Below, piece by piece: positions 1 through 8,017 of a stretch of 25,620 nucleotides of DNA. A program made the position numbers and the translations under genes. This DNA comes from a virus. Taxonomy: Duplodnaviria > Caudoviricetes. How positions within the stretch are numbered: position 1 is the stretch's first letter; each line of letters starts with the position of its first letter. The DNA is taken from the IMG/VR virus record IMGVR_UViG_3300020183_000415, positions 1 to 25,620 of that record; one strand, given 5' to 3'. The notes beneath the pieces are model-generated. The model had not been told where the DNA came from, made no database searches, and worked only from the letters and a program-made list of their open reading frames with translations.

Positions 1-216
1 GGCTACTGCGGCTATTTTTGCATCTGTAATAGTGCCATCTAATATATCAGCCGCAATCACAGTACCGTTTGCAATCATCGCTGATGTGATTGAACCATCG
101 GGTATAGAGATAGTTGTAGTGTCAACGCTAAAGAGTGTTGCACCCGTGTTGGACCTAACGATAAAGCTATTATCGGTATCGGTTTTTATACTACTAACAA
201 TGATTGTTCCGGCCAT
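1..216 (-). CDS. Tail fibre-like protein, N-terminal part (runs off the left edge of the window)
   Basis: Not in the ORF track. ATG at 216 preceded by purine-rich AAGAGAG; open to position 1: MAGTIIVSSIKTDTDNSFIVRSNTGATLFSVDTTTISIPDGSITSAMIANGTVIAADILDGTITDAKIAAVA. The DGSIT-x-AKIA-type decapeptide repeats also occur in the 315-aa and 257-aa fibres. Confidence 0.85.
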   Translation of the reverse strand, partial: MAGTIIVSSIKTDTDNSFIVRSNTGATLFSVDTTTISIPDGSITSAMIANGTVIAADILDGTITDAKIAAVA

Positions 217-238
217 AATTCTCTCTTAATTTATTCTT

Positions 239-739
239 TTATTTATATTCTTTTTTGAATTTGTCAAAAGGATTTATTCTTAAATATTCAGCAGCTTTAT
301 CTAATCTTTCAGGAATATCATAAAACAATCCTAAAGCCTTATTACAAGAATAACAAAGAACTCCTCTAACTTTACCTGTTGTGTGGTCATGGTCTATTGA
401 TAATCTACGACCATCAGGCTCTTGTTTTCTTCCACAAACCGCACATCCGCCGCCTTGATACTCTATTAATTTATAATATTCTTCTAATGAAATTCCATAT
501 GTTCTTCTTATTATAGCATCCCATCTATCTAATCCAGACCAATTATGTGGTTTGAATTCATCACACTCTCTAATATTAGAGTTTCTTCTTAAATTTCTAG
601 TTGAAACTACATGTTCACCATCGCATTTTTTACAATAAACTTTCCAACTATTTGGAGTTATCTCATCTAAAACTTTACAATATTCATTTTCATAATTTGA
701 AAAATCTCTAACACCATCTTTTCTTTTTCTTTGCCTCAT
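239..739 (-). CDS. Endonuclease VII-family (HNH/beta-beta-alpha-Me) nuclease, likely free-standing homing endonuclease
   Basis: C-terminal YGISLEEY...QGGGCAVC...LSIDHDHTTGKVRGVLCYSCNKALG...AAEYL is the Endonuclease_7 signature. Extra N-terminal Cys-containing region (CKKC). ATGA overlap with the upstream gene. Charged composition unlike the flanking structural genes. Confidence 0.85.
   Translation of the reverse strand: MRQRKRKDGVRDFSNYENEYCKVLDEITPNSWKVYCKKCDGEHVVSTRNLRRNSNIRECDEFKPHNWSGLDRWDAIIRRTYGISLEEYYKLIEYQGGGCAVCGRKQEPDGRRLSIDHDHTTGKVRGVLCYSCNKALGLFYDIPERLDKAAEYLRINPFDKFKKEYK
240..247 (-). promoter_or_regulatory. T4-type late promoter TATAAATA
   Basis: Exact TATAAATA on the minus strand, overlapping the last codons of the endonuclease gene (GAA TAT AAA TAA), 23 nt upstream of the ATG at 216. 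Confidence 0.7.
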
Positions 740-1776
740 CTCGCTGAGCTATGCTTAAACGGAGCCTCGGCAAATGCCATGTAGATGTATGTTCCACTTG
801 TTTCATTGCCGTTGCTTCCACCTTGTCGCCACTTAAAACCATTTGATAATATATCTATGGAGTTTGATTGCTCTGCAACACTTGAATTTGGTCTCAACAA
901 TAAAGTGGATAAATTATAAGTATTTCTTGCGGTATCAAATAAAGTCCAATCATCACCACCTCCGTTTGTTCTTTTTGTTAATACAAATTTAGGTCTAAAT
1001 CCTGTATACACAAACGGACCATCACTAGAACCATTACCTGTGTAAGAACCAAAAGCACTAAAGCCTGCTATTTCTGCAAAGCAGTAGGCGACATAATTAT
1101 TTGAAGGGTCATTTACAGCCCCTGTTGTAGCAACAGTAAATACAGTTGATGTTGGGCTTGTATTATTCCATCTGTTTGTTGCTGTTGCAGCTGCTGCTGT
1201 AGTGTTTAAAGATAAATATTGTGTGTTTCCTATACTTGCATGAAAAACCATCCAAGCTCCATCTCCAGCAGTCCCTATAGTTCTATTTTTAACAATAATC
1301 ATCTTTGGTGCAACACCAAGCCCATGTCCTATAGTAGCTACACTTCCTGTTCCTGTATAAGTTACAATACTAAACCCAGCAGTTGTGCTTACAGATACAT
1401 TACTTGAAGTGGATCCGGATGTGTTGACTGTGGTTGTGCCTTCACCAGCTCGCCATTGCCATGCTACATAAGTAGAACCATTATTATTATTCCTTGCTTC
1501 TGTACCTACAGAAAAACCGTTTGAATTAAAACTGGTTAAAGATTGTGCTGTGGTAGCTTCTGAACTCGTTAAATCAGAGTAAAGTTCTTTTGTTGCACCA
1601 CGAACAGAATCATATAAAGTATTATGTCCATTTACAGGTGAAGTTCCAAAACTTCTTGGTTTATTCCATACAAAGTCAGGTTTAAATGATCCTGCATTAG
1701 TAATAGAACGAGCAGAACCATTCCCTGTATATAGCGTTGCATCAAAATATTGATTTGGTTTTTTAATTGTTGGCAT
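736..1776 (-). CDS. Virion/tail-fibre associated protein with three YTG(N/T)GS...P(D/K)xV/IxxKxR repeats
   Basis: Three internal repeats: YTGNGSARSIT..FKPDFVWNKPR, YTGTGSVATIGHGLGVAPKMIIVKNR, YTGNGSSDGPFVYTGFRPKFVLTKRT. Ends YIYMAFAEAPFK, typical of repeat modules accompanying LamG/SPRY phage fibre tips. Confidence 0.7.
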   Translation of the reverse strand: MPTIKKPNQYFDATLYTGNGSARSITNAGSFKPDFVWNKPRSFGTSPVNGHNTLYDSVRGATKELYSDLTSSEATTAQSLTSFNSNGFSVGTEARNNNNGSTYVAWQWRAGEGTTTVNTSGSTSSNVSVSTTAGFSIVTYTGTGSVATIGHGLGVAPKMIIVKNRTIGTAGDGAWMVFHASIGNTQYLSLNTTAAAATATNRWNNTSPTSTVFTVATTGAVNDPSNNYVAYCFAEIAGFSAFGSYTGNGSSDGPFVYTGFRPKFVLTKRTNGGGDDWTLFDTARNTYNLSTLLLRPNSSVAEQSNSIDILSNGFKWRQGGSNGNETSGTYIYMAFAEAPFKHSSAR

Positions 1777-1781
1777 AATCG

Positions 1782-3176
1782 TTATGGTAAATTAAATGCG
1801 TTAAGGGATTTATGGTCAGTTGGCGGTGTGTATGCAAATGGACGCTGGCCAAAATTAATAACTGCAGCTGTTCCTGTGTTATTTACACCTAATGATGGAA
1901 AAAAGTTACCCGTTAAACTTGAAAATGCAACACCTTGACTTACACCATTTTTATAGTATGTAAGTGTTCCTGCATCCATGTTTAATGCAACACCAATAAC
2001 ATCATTTACCGCATATTGAGAACCATAACTTGTGGGAGAAACATTAGTCCATTTATACATTGTACCACCTGTGTCATTTGTCATACCATAAGAATCGGTT
2101 GTATAACCTGGCCATTGGTCTTGGCCAGTATTATAATTTGAAGCTATATGTTTTGTAATTCCTATACCAACATTACCGGTTGAAAAATTAGCACTAGTTG
2201 CTATAACTTCCCAATACCATTTTCCAGTAGAAGGAATAAGAAATGTTCCAGGTAAAGAAGCCCAATAAGCACCAGCACAAGTTGTTTTTAGATTAGCTTC
2301 GGATAATGTTAATGAAGAACCAAAAGGAGCGATTCTGTTCAACACGCAATAATTACTCGCAGCCCCGCTTAATGTTGGTGAATCTGTCATGGCATCATAA
2401 GTGACACCAGATGTGACAGAGATGTTGTTAGGTGTCCAGTTATTACCGTAACCAGAAGAATCTTTACCAATAGCAGCCGCAGTAGCTGCTGAAGTGTCAG
2501 CAAATTTTAGGTAGAAACCATTGGTACCATATGTACCTGCAAACTTTTTAGGAATCCATTGACCAGTGCCTGCGTCTGTTTTACCAAAATAAGATGGATC
2601 TAGGGCTTGTCCGTCAATGAAGTTAATGTCAGCCATGTAGCCGTCAAGGTATGTTCCCCAAGAACCTGCATATAAAGAACCAATACTATTAGCAATATTG
2701 TTATTTATATTAGTTTCATGGTTTTGTGCTGGATATGAAGCTGTAGCAAATGCTGTAATTTGATTACCATTGACATAAATTTTAACTCTATTAGCTGCTG
2801 TTGCTTGAGTAGTATCCATAGCCACAACAACATGATACCAAGCTGAAGGGTCACGATATACAGATGATGTATTAACATCATAAGTTCCGTTATTAAATAC
2901 TATTCTTATAGAATCGCTTTCAAAGCTAATACGATCATAAACTGTGTTTGATGTTCCAGCTCCAAGTAATGCTTGAGCAGCAGAACCTAATGTTCCTCGT
3001 TTTACCCATGCTGAAAATGTGTATGTCTTACGATTACCAGCTACTGTAGGTGTTCTTGATAAATCAGCACTAGCAGAACTTCTAAACCTCAAAGAGTTTC
3101 GTATAAAATAACCAAGGTTGGCTACTGCGCCAAATCCTTTAGCTGATCCACCACCTGTTGTTCCTAATAAAGGCAT
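1782..3176 (-). CDS. Concanavalin A-like lectin (LamG) + SPRY domain putative receptor-binding protein
   Basis: NSLRFRSS...TYTFSAWVKRG...RDPSAWYHVVVAMDTT...RVKIYVNG...LDGYMADINFIDGQAL (LamG); GKWYWEV...DVIGVALNMDAGTLTYYKNGVSQG...INFGQRPFAYTPP (SPRY/B30.2). Confidence 0.85.
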   Translation of the reverse strand: MPLLGTTGGGSAKGFGAVANLGYFIRNSLRFRSSASADLSRTPTVAGNRKTYTFSAWVKRGTLGSAAQALLGAGTSNTVYDRISFESDSIRIVFNNGTYDVNTSSVYRDPSAWYHVVVAMDTTQATAANRVKIYVNGNQITAFATASYPAQNHETNINNNIANSIGSLYAGSWGTYLDGYMADINFIDGQALDPSYFGKTDAGTGQWIPKKFAGTYGTNGFYLKFADTSAATAAAIGKDSSGYGNNWTPNNISVTSGVTYDAMTDSPTLSGAASNYCVLNRIAPFGSSLTLSEANLKTTCAGAYWASLPGTFLIPSTGKWYWEVIATSANFSTGNVGIGITKHIASNYNTGQDQWPGYTTDSYGMTNDTGGTMYKWTNVSPTSYGSQYAVNDVIGVALNMDAGTLTYYKNGVSQGVAFSSLTGNFFPSLGVNNTGTAAVINFGQRPFAYTPPTDHKSLNAFNLP

Positions 3177-3193
3177 TCTCTATTTCTTTCTCA

Positions 3194-4012
3194 TTATGCG
3201 TATTGGGTTTGTGAACCTAATACTGTATATGTATTTGCAGCTGTTTTAAGTATTGTAAAGCTATATAAGTCAATTGATGTTGCATTACCAGCGCTAGGTG
3301 CTGACCCACCTTGGAATTTTGGTGTCACAGATGCTCCATCAATTTGCATTGCTGATTGATAAAATGTGTTTGATCCTAATTGTGTAGCTAAGTATGCAAT
3401 TGTAATTGAATCGTTAGCATTCATAATTGAATCAAGACTAATACTTGAATTACCACGAACATTAAGTGTCCAGTTAGCTGCTACGTTGGCTGTATAATGA
3501 CTTACAGCACCATCTAATACATTGATTGTTGTATTTGCATTGATAGCTGTTCCATTCGATGTAACAGTTTCAATCATTTGACGAACATCAAGGCCTTGAT
3601 TAAGTGTAAAACATTTAGTGGTATTTGACCATGTAAGTGTCTTATCGGTAGAAGCTTTAATGGTAAGACCAGCGCCATCTGCAAGAGCATCAGTAGGAGA
3701 AGCCGTGTTGGCAATTTCAATATTTTTATCTGTAACAACAAGAGTGGTTGTATTGACCGTTGTTGTTGTACCTGATACAGTTAAATTACCAGATACAGTT
3801 GCATCTGTAACTGTAATTGAACCAAGACCACCAGAGAATGTTGGAGCAGCTGTGAAAGTAGCTGCACCTACGACAGTCATTGTTGACTGAACATTAAGTG
3901 GTTGTGCAATATTATATTTGGTTGCATCAACCGTGATGATTGTTGTTTCGCCAACATTCAGTTTTAGATTGGTGTCGCCTTGTATGATGTCTGCTCGGAT
4001 TTTACCTGCCAT
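3194..4012 (-). CDS. Tail fibre segment / adaptor protein
   Basis: Beta-rich fibre motif VSGNLTVSGTTTTVNTTTLVVTDKNIEI...ADGAGLTI; C-terminal domain ending IDLYSFTILKTAANTYTVLGSQTQYA; SD AAGGT upstream. Confidence 0.7.
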   Translation of the reverse strand: MAGKIRADIIQGDTNLKLNVGETTIITVDATKYNIAQPLNVQSTMTVVGAATFTAAPTFSGGLGSITVTDATVSGNLTVSGTTTTVNTTTLVVTDKNIEIANTASPTDALADGAGLTIKASTDKTLTWSNTTKCFTLNQGLDVRQMIETVTSNGTAINANTTINVLDGAVSHYTANVAANWTLNVRGNSSISLDSIMNANDSITIAYLATQLGSNTFYQSAMQIDGASVTPKFQGGSAPSAGNATSIDLYSFTILKTAANTYTVLGSQTQYA

Positions 4013-4023
4013 GATTGTTTACC

Positions 4024-4446
4024 TTAAAATATTGTCCATGTTGAGTTATTGGATACACTTACCGTTATATTATTGGCCACCGTAAGTGGACCGGCTGAAG
4101 AACCATTATAACCATCACCAATAGTTGTGTTAGTTGTTATTTCATTTGCATTAATACGAATAACACCATAATGGTCCGCTGCCAAATATGGAGTTGTTAC
4201 GACTGAACCACCAAGGTAGATAACTTCAATATTATCTGTAGCTGATGGAGGTGCAGTTGAAAATACGATTTGTCCATTAATAACTGAATAAGAATCTGTT
4301 TTTTGTTTAACACCCGTGATGAATACTAATACAGATGCTTCATTACCATAGTCATATGTTAAATTAAATGTTGTAGTAGAGCCATCGCCAGAGAAAAACT
4401 GGCTTCGTATTGCGCCTGACTGTGGTATGTTTCCAATGTAGCTAAT
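4024..4446 (-). CDS. 140-aa fibre adaptor protein with apparent ATT start codon (absent from the ORF track)
   Basis: 423-nt open frame: (I/M)SYIGNIPQSGAIRSQFFSGDGSTTTFNLTYDYGNEASVLVFITGVKQKTDSYSVINGQIVFSTAPPSATDNIEVIYLGG...SAGPLTVANNITVSVSNNSTWTIF*. SD AGAGGT 8 nt upstream of ATT, with an in-frame TAA at 4455-4453. N-terminus parallels MSYIG of the 8018-8791 gene. Fills an otherwise empty 470-nt gap. Confidence 0.85.
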   Translation of the reverse strand: MSYIGNIPQSGAIRSQFFSGDGSTTTFNLTYDYGNEASVLVFITGVKQKTDSYSVINGQIVFSTAPPSATDNIEVIYLGGSVVTTPYLAADHYGVIRINANEITTNTTIGDGYNGSSAGPLTVANNITVSVSNNSTWTIF

Positions 4447-4473
4447 TTTGTTTTACCTCTTTAAGTTATTCTT

Positions 4474-4481
4474 TATTTATG
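4474..4481 (-). promoter_or_regulatory. Late promoter variant CATAAATA
   Basis: ATAAATA core in the intergenic gap just after the stop at 4483 and upstream of the ATT-start gene. Confidence 0.6.
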
Positions 4482-4482
4482 C

Positions 4483-5430
4483 TCAACCTTTAAGTGCTGC
4501 AACATCTGCTTGGAGTTGCTTAATAAGTTCTTGTTGTTCTTGTATGGCTTTTGTAAGTGTAGCTACTAGGAATGATGTATCCATACCTTGATAAATTGGT
4601 TTTCCCTCTGCATCTACAGCATCTTTTTCACCACTTACTGCTTCTGGAAAATGTTCTTGTAGTTCATGAGCAATAAAACCTTGACCAGCAGTTCCGCTTG
4701 CTTTCCATGTATAAGTTACAGGATTTAATTGTGCAACTTTATCTAAAGCTCCTGACATAGGAACTATGTTTTCTTTTAAGCGATAGTCAGAGTTTGAATT
4801 GTAGCCTACTGTGTTACTTCCTGTTGTAATTGTTCCACATTCTTGTGTGCTGTTATGCCAAGAAACTAAATAAGTATTTGTTCCTGAAGTATTAAAGACC
4901 CTCATAGTAGCTGAACCAAAATTAGATTTAACTATTAAAGCATTTGTGGTAGGAATAGTTGTTGTTCCTATTCCAACTTCACCGTCAGATGCTATACGCA
5001 TCGCCTCTGTACCACCTTCTGTAAAGGCTATGGTGTCAGCAGCAGGAAAGAATATACCTGTGTTGGTATCACCAGAGGCGGTTATAGCTGGGGCTGTGTT
5101 AGAACCAGCACCAGCAACCAAAGTTGTTACAGTTGTAGTGCCATTTAATGTAATATTTGAAGCAATTTGTGAGCTAGTGATGTTACCAGTAATCTGTGTA
5201 TTGGCTACCGCTAATGCAGTCTGAGCTTTCCAAATTGAATTTGTTCCATCAGTAGTCAAATAATATGTCGTATTACCTGATTGGCTTGGTAAAGCTGCAC
5301 CGGTCGCTAACTTAGCTGCAGTTACATTTGCATCGGCAATTTTTGCCGTAGTAATGCTACCGTCAGCAATATCTGCGGCTACAATTGCACCATCTGCTAA
5401 AATACCACTTGTAATTTTTTGAATTGCCAT
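4483..5430 (-). CDS. Tail fibre protein with C-terminal intramolecular chaperone auto-processing domain (Peptidase S74)
   Basis: SDYRLKENIVPMSGALDKVAQLNPVTYTWK...GFIAHELQEHFPEAVSGEKD...LVATLTKAIQEQQ coiled coil; fibre motif GDTNTGIFFPAADTIAFTEGGTEAMRI; N-terminal ADGAIVAADIADGSITTAKIAD repeats. Confidence 0.9.
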   Translation of the reverse strand: MAIQKITSGILADGAIVAADIADGSITTAKIADANVTAAKLATGAALPSQSGNTTYYLTTDGTNSIWKAQTALAVANTQITGNITSSQIASNITLNGTTTVTTLVAGAGSNTAPAITASGDTNTGIFFPAADTIAFTEGGTEAMRIASDGEVGIGTTTIPTTNALIVKSNFGSATMRVFNTSGTNTYLVSWHNSTQECGTITTGSNTVGYNSNSDYRLKENIVPMSGALDKVAQLNPVTYTWKASGTAGQGFIAHELQEHFPEAVSGEKDAVDAEGKPIYQGMDTSFLVATLTKAIQEQQELIKQLQADVAALKG

Positions 5431-5435
5431 TTATT

Positions 5436-5843
5436 TTACTCTTTAATTGGAGGATTACCCTCTGGTTTTGGATATTTCTCTTTTACTTCTTTTATCTTAT
5501 TAAACCATTCTGAATCTTTTAAGTCAGTTCCATTATTTATAGCATGCCATAGCATATCTAATTGTTCAAAACCGTCTGGATATTCTTTGCAACGGTCATA
5601 TGAATACTGGTAATACTTTGCTAACTTTTCTTGAAAGGCAAGTTCAGCATCAATCTCTTCTTTTGTTGGTGGTTTTTGTCCATTAGGATCCCACCATTTG
5701 TGCCATGTAAATCCACCGCCAGCGGCTTCTAATTCAAATCGGCATCCAGGTCTGAGCGCTTTAATGGCAGTGTCAACACCGTAAGCCATTCCGCTTTCAC
5801 CTGTAAAATTCTGCATTACTTCATTTGCATTTTGTAAATTCAT
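5436..5843 (-). CDS. Small phage protein, probable tail fibre assembly/chaperone-like
   Basis: AIKALRPG...PPTKEEIDAEL...YDRCKEYPDGFEQLDMLWHAI...IKEVKEKYPKP resembles small helical proteins commonly adjacent to fibre genes; SD GAGG upstream. Confidence 0.55.
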   Translation of the reverse strand: MNLQNANEVMQNFTGESGMAYGVDTAIKALRPGCRFELEAAGGGFTWHKWWDPNGQKPPTKEEIDAELAFQEKLAKYYQYSYDRCKEYPDGFEQLDMLWHAINNGTDLKDSEWFNKIKEVKEKYPKPEGNPPIKE

Positions 5844-5871
5844 ATATTGTTCCTCAGTCAGTCAAAATTAT

Positions 5872-5879
5872 TATTTAGT
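5872..5879 (-). promoter_or_regulatory. Possible late promoter variant ACTAAATA
   Basis: CTAAATA overlapping the stop codon of the 5875-6753 gene, upstream of the 135-aa gene. Confidence 0.4.
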
Positions 5880-6753
5880 TGATGCTATAAACAGCTGCGT
5901 TACTTGTAAATGTTCCAGGTCCTGTAAAGGTATGTATTGTATAAGGACTTGATGTTGTCACAGTACCACCCGTAGCACCTTGGCTACCCGAATAACGGAC
6001 AATGACGATACCTGAACCGCCAGCGCCACCAGTAGCTGGGGCTGCAGATGAACCTGCAGCTCCTCCAGAACCACTTCCGCCGTTTCCTCTATTAGTTGTT
6101 CCTGCTGAACCAGGTGTTGATGATGGTGCACCAGCACCAGCGCCACCAGCTGCATAAGTTACTGAAGAACCAGATATAGAAGATGCTGTTCCTGGTCCAG
6201 CTGAACCTCCCGTTGAAGTAGATGGAGCAGTACCACCAGCTCCGCCTGAACCTCCGCCACCACCACCTGCACAATTTGTAGAACCATAAGTTCCGGCACC
6301 TATACCACCATTGTTACCTTGTCCTGGTGTTCCTGCTCCAGCTGCAGGAGCTGTACCAGTGGTTCCACCTCCTGAACCTCCTGAACTTCCATGTTCAGTA
6401 TGAACACCGCCACCATAACCACCTCCAATAGCTGTTGTTATGCCAGTGAATGATGAATTTGAACCTCTAGTTCCTATTGGTGCACCACCAGAACCACCGC
6501 CACCAACAGTAATAGTGTATCCTGTGCTTGTTGTAATTGATGTAGATCCTGATAGATATCCACCTGCACCACCTCCAGCGCCAGCAACAGCTGATGCTGG
6601 CCCAGCGGCATCTCCACCACCTCCACCACCAGCAACTATAAGATATTCAATTGAAGTTGGTCCACCAGCTTGTGTTTCATTCAATCCCGTTGGATATCCA
6701 TATCCAGTCGGTCTAAAGTTTTGTAATGAAAATTGTTTTGAAGTTTCTGCCAT
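5875..6753 (-). CDS. Glycine-rich domain virion/fibre-tip protein (paralog B)
   Basis: IEYLIVAGGGGGG...GGGAGGY...YTITVGGGG...GGSGIVIVRY...YTIHTFTGPG, the typical phage glycine-rich (polyglycine-II) domain. Confidence 0.8.
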   Translation of the reverse strand: MAETSKQFSLQNFRPTGYGYPTGLNETQAGGPTSIEYLIVAGGGGGGDAAGPASAVAGAGGGAGGYLSGSTSITTSTGYTITVGGGGSGGAPIGTRGSNSSFTGITTAIGGGYGGGVHTEHGSSGGSGGGTTGTAPAAGAGTPGQGNNGGIGAGTYGSTNCAGGGGGGSGGAGGTAPSTSTGGSAGPGTASSISGSSVTYAAGGAGAGAPSSTPGSAGTTNRGNGGSGSGGAAGSSAAPATGGAGGSGIVIVRYSGSQGATGGTVTTSSPYTIHTFTGPGTFTSNAAVYSIN

Positions 6754-6761
6754 AATAATCT

Positions 6762-7685
6762 TTAATTAATTGAGTAAACATCAGGAATTCCAACTAAAGA
6801 TCCTGATCCTGTAAAAGTATGTATTTGGTATCCACCTGAAGTAGTAATTGTACCACCTGTAAATTTAGCCGTAGGTGAAGTGTATCGGACAACAGCTATA
6901 CCTGAACCACCAGTTCCGCCACTATGAATCATTGGAAAATCACCACCACCGCCGCCAGCTCCTGCACCTCTATTTGCAGTTCCATTTCCACCTGCAACTC
7001 CTGCTGGGCCGCCGCCACCGTTAGATGACCCATTGCCACCTCCACCAGAACCTCCTGTTCCTCCAGTAGCGCTTACTCCAATTCCACCGCCACCACCTCC
7101 AGCATAGGTTACACTAGATCCTGAAATGGAAGATGAGGTTCCTGCACCACCAGTTCCGCCAACGGTACCAGAACCATTACCACCAGCACCTCCAGCACCG
7201 CCACCGCCGCCTCCGCCGGAATATACTGAACTTATTCCACTTCCTCCATTATTACCTTGTCCAGGTGTGCCAGAACCGCCAGCAACATTTGCTTGACCAA
7301 CACCACCGCCACCAGAACCACCGTTTGCTCCAAGTCCTGAATCTGTCAACAAACCGCCGCCGCCACCTCCACCGACAGAAGTTATTGTGGTTAATCCTGT
7401 ACCAGATATTGAAGAATTTGAACCAGAAGTGCCTCTTGAAGTTGGGTTTGAATAATTTATACCGCCCGGTCCACCAGCACCAACTGTAATAGTATAAGTA
7501 ACTGTTGTATCTAATGTTTCAGTAGTAGCTTTGTAACCACCAGCTCCACCACCACCACCGTGACCACCACCTCCACCTCCACCTCCAGCTATAACAAGGT
7601 AGTCAATAGATGTTGGGCTTTCAAGTGCATTTAATCCTACTGGATAATCATATCCTGTTGGACGACCTAATCTTTTAATAGGCAT
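6762..7685 (-). CDS. Glycine-rich domain virion/fibre-tip protein (paralog A)
   Basis: IDYLVIAGGGGGGGGHGGGGGAGGY...YTITVGAGG...GGSGIAVVRY...YQIHTFTGSG; shares RPTGYxYPxGLN, GTPGQGNNGG, SSISGSSVTYA and terminal VYSIN with the neighbouring gene. Confidence 0.8.
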   Translation of the reverse strand: MPIKRLGRPTGYDYPVGLNALESPTSIDYLVIAGGGGGGGGHGGGGGAGGYKATTETLDTTVTYTITVGAGGPGGINYSNPTSRGTSGSNSSISGTGLTTITSVGGGGGGGLLTDSGLGANGGSGGGGVGQANVAGGSGTPGQGNNGGSGISSVYSGGGGGGGAGGAGGNGSGTVGGTGGAGTSSSISGSSVTYAGGGGGGIGVSATGGTGGSGGGGNGSSNGGGGPAGVAGGNGTANRGAGAGGGGGDFPMIHSGGTGGSGIAVVRYTSPTAKFTGGTITTSGGYQIHTFTGSGSLVGIPDVYSIN

Positions 7686-8014
7686 TAAGCTATCTCTGAA
7701 CCAAAGACATTAAATGAAACATTTGCAAAGTTTGTATTGCAACGAACAACATCAGCGGCATCAATTGTCATACCTAAAGTGATACCAATTGAATCAGCTG
7801 CAGGCACAACACCACCACGAATAATATAGTGTTTTACATTGTCTGCTTCACCATTAGGTGCAACTGCAATTGAATATGATGCGTTAGAAGCTGTTTGATT
7901 ACAAACGGTGATTGTAGATATAACTGTCTGCGTTGCCGCAGGAACAGTATATACACCTGTCAATGTGTTTGCTGTTGGACTTGATTGTCCTAATACTTTA
8001 TATGTGGTTGCCAT
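7685..8014 (-). CDS. Small beta-sandwich fibre adaptor protein (109 aa)
   Basis: MATTYKVLGQSSP...VYTVPAATQTVISTITVCN...DAADVVRC...FGSEIA; similar to the 8802-9128 protein; TAATG coupling to the next gene. Confidence 0.65.
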   Translation of the reverse strand: MATTYKVLGQSSPTANTLTGVYTVPAATQTVISTITVCNQTASNASYSIAVAPNGEADNVKHYIIRGGVVPAADSIGITLGMTIDAADVVRCNTNFANVSFNVFGSEIA

Positions 8015-8017
8015 GCG

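Noticed and set aside
239-739. Calling the nuclease the core T4 gp49 resolvase
   Set aside because: The nuclease motif is C-terminal behind an extra Cys-containing region and the gene sits in a variable fibre cluster, which fits a mobile endonuclease better. No symbol assigned.
1777-1796. Programmed -1 frameshift joining LamG-SPRY to the downstream ORF
   Set aside because: There is no X XXY YYZ slippery heptamer, and the downstream frame is closed by TAA at 1794-1792, leaving only a very short overlap.
2702-2709. Internal TATAAATA within the LamG gene
   Set aside because: It is mid-gene, arises from Asn-Ile-Asn codons and is far from any start, so chance in AT-rich DNA is likely.
5875-7685. 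ccacca/ccgcca-rich repeats as a CRISPR array or satellite
   Set aside because: These are poly-Gly codons, with no constant repeat-spacer periodicity.
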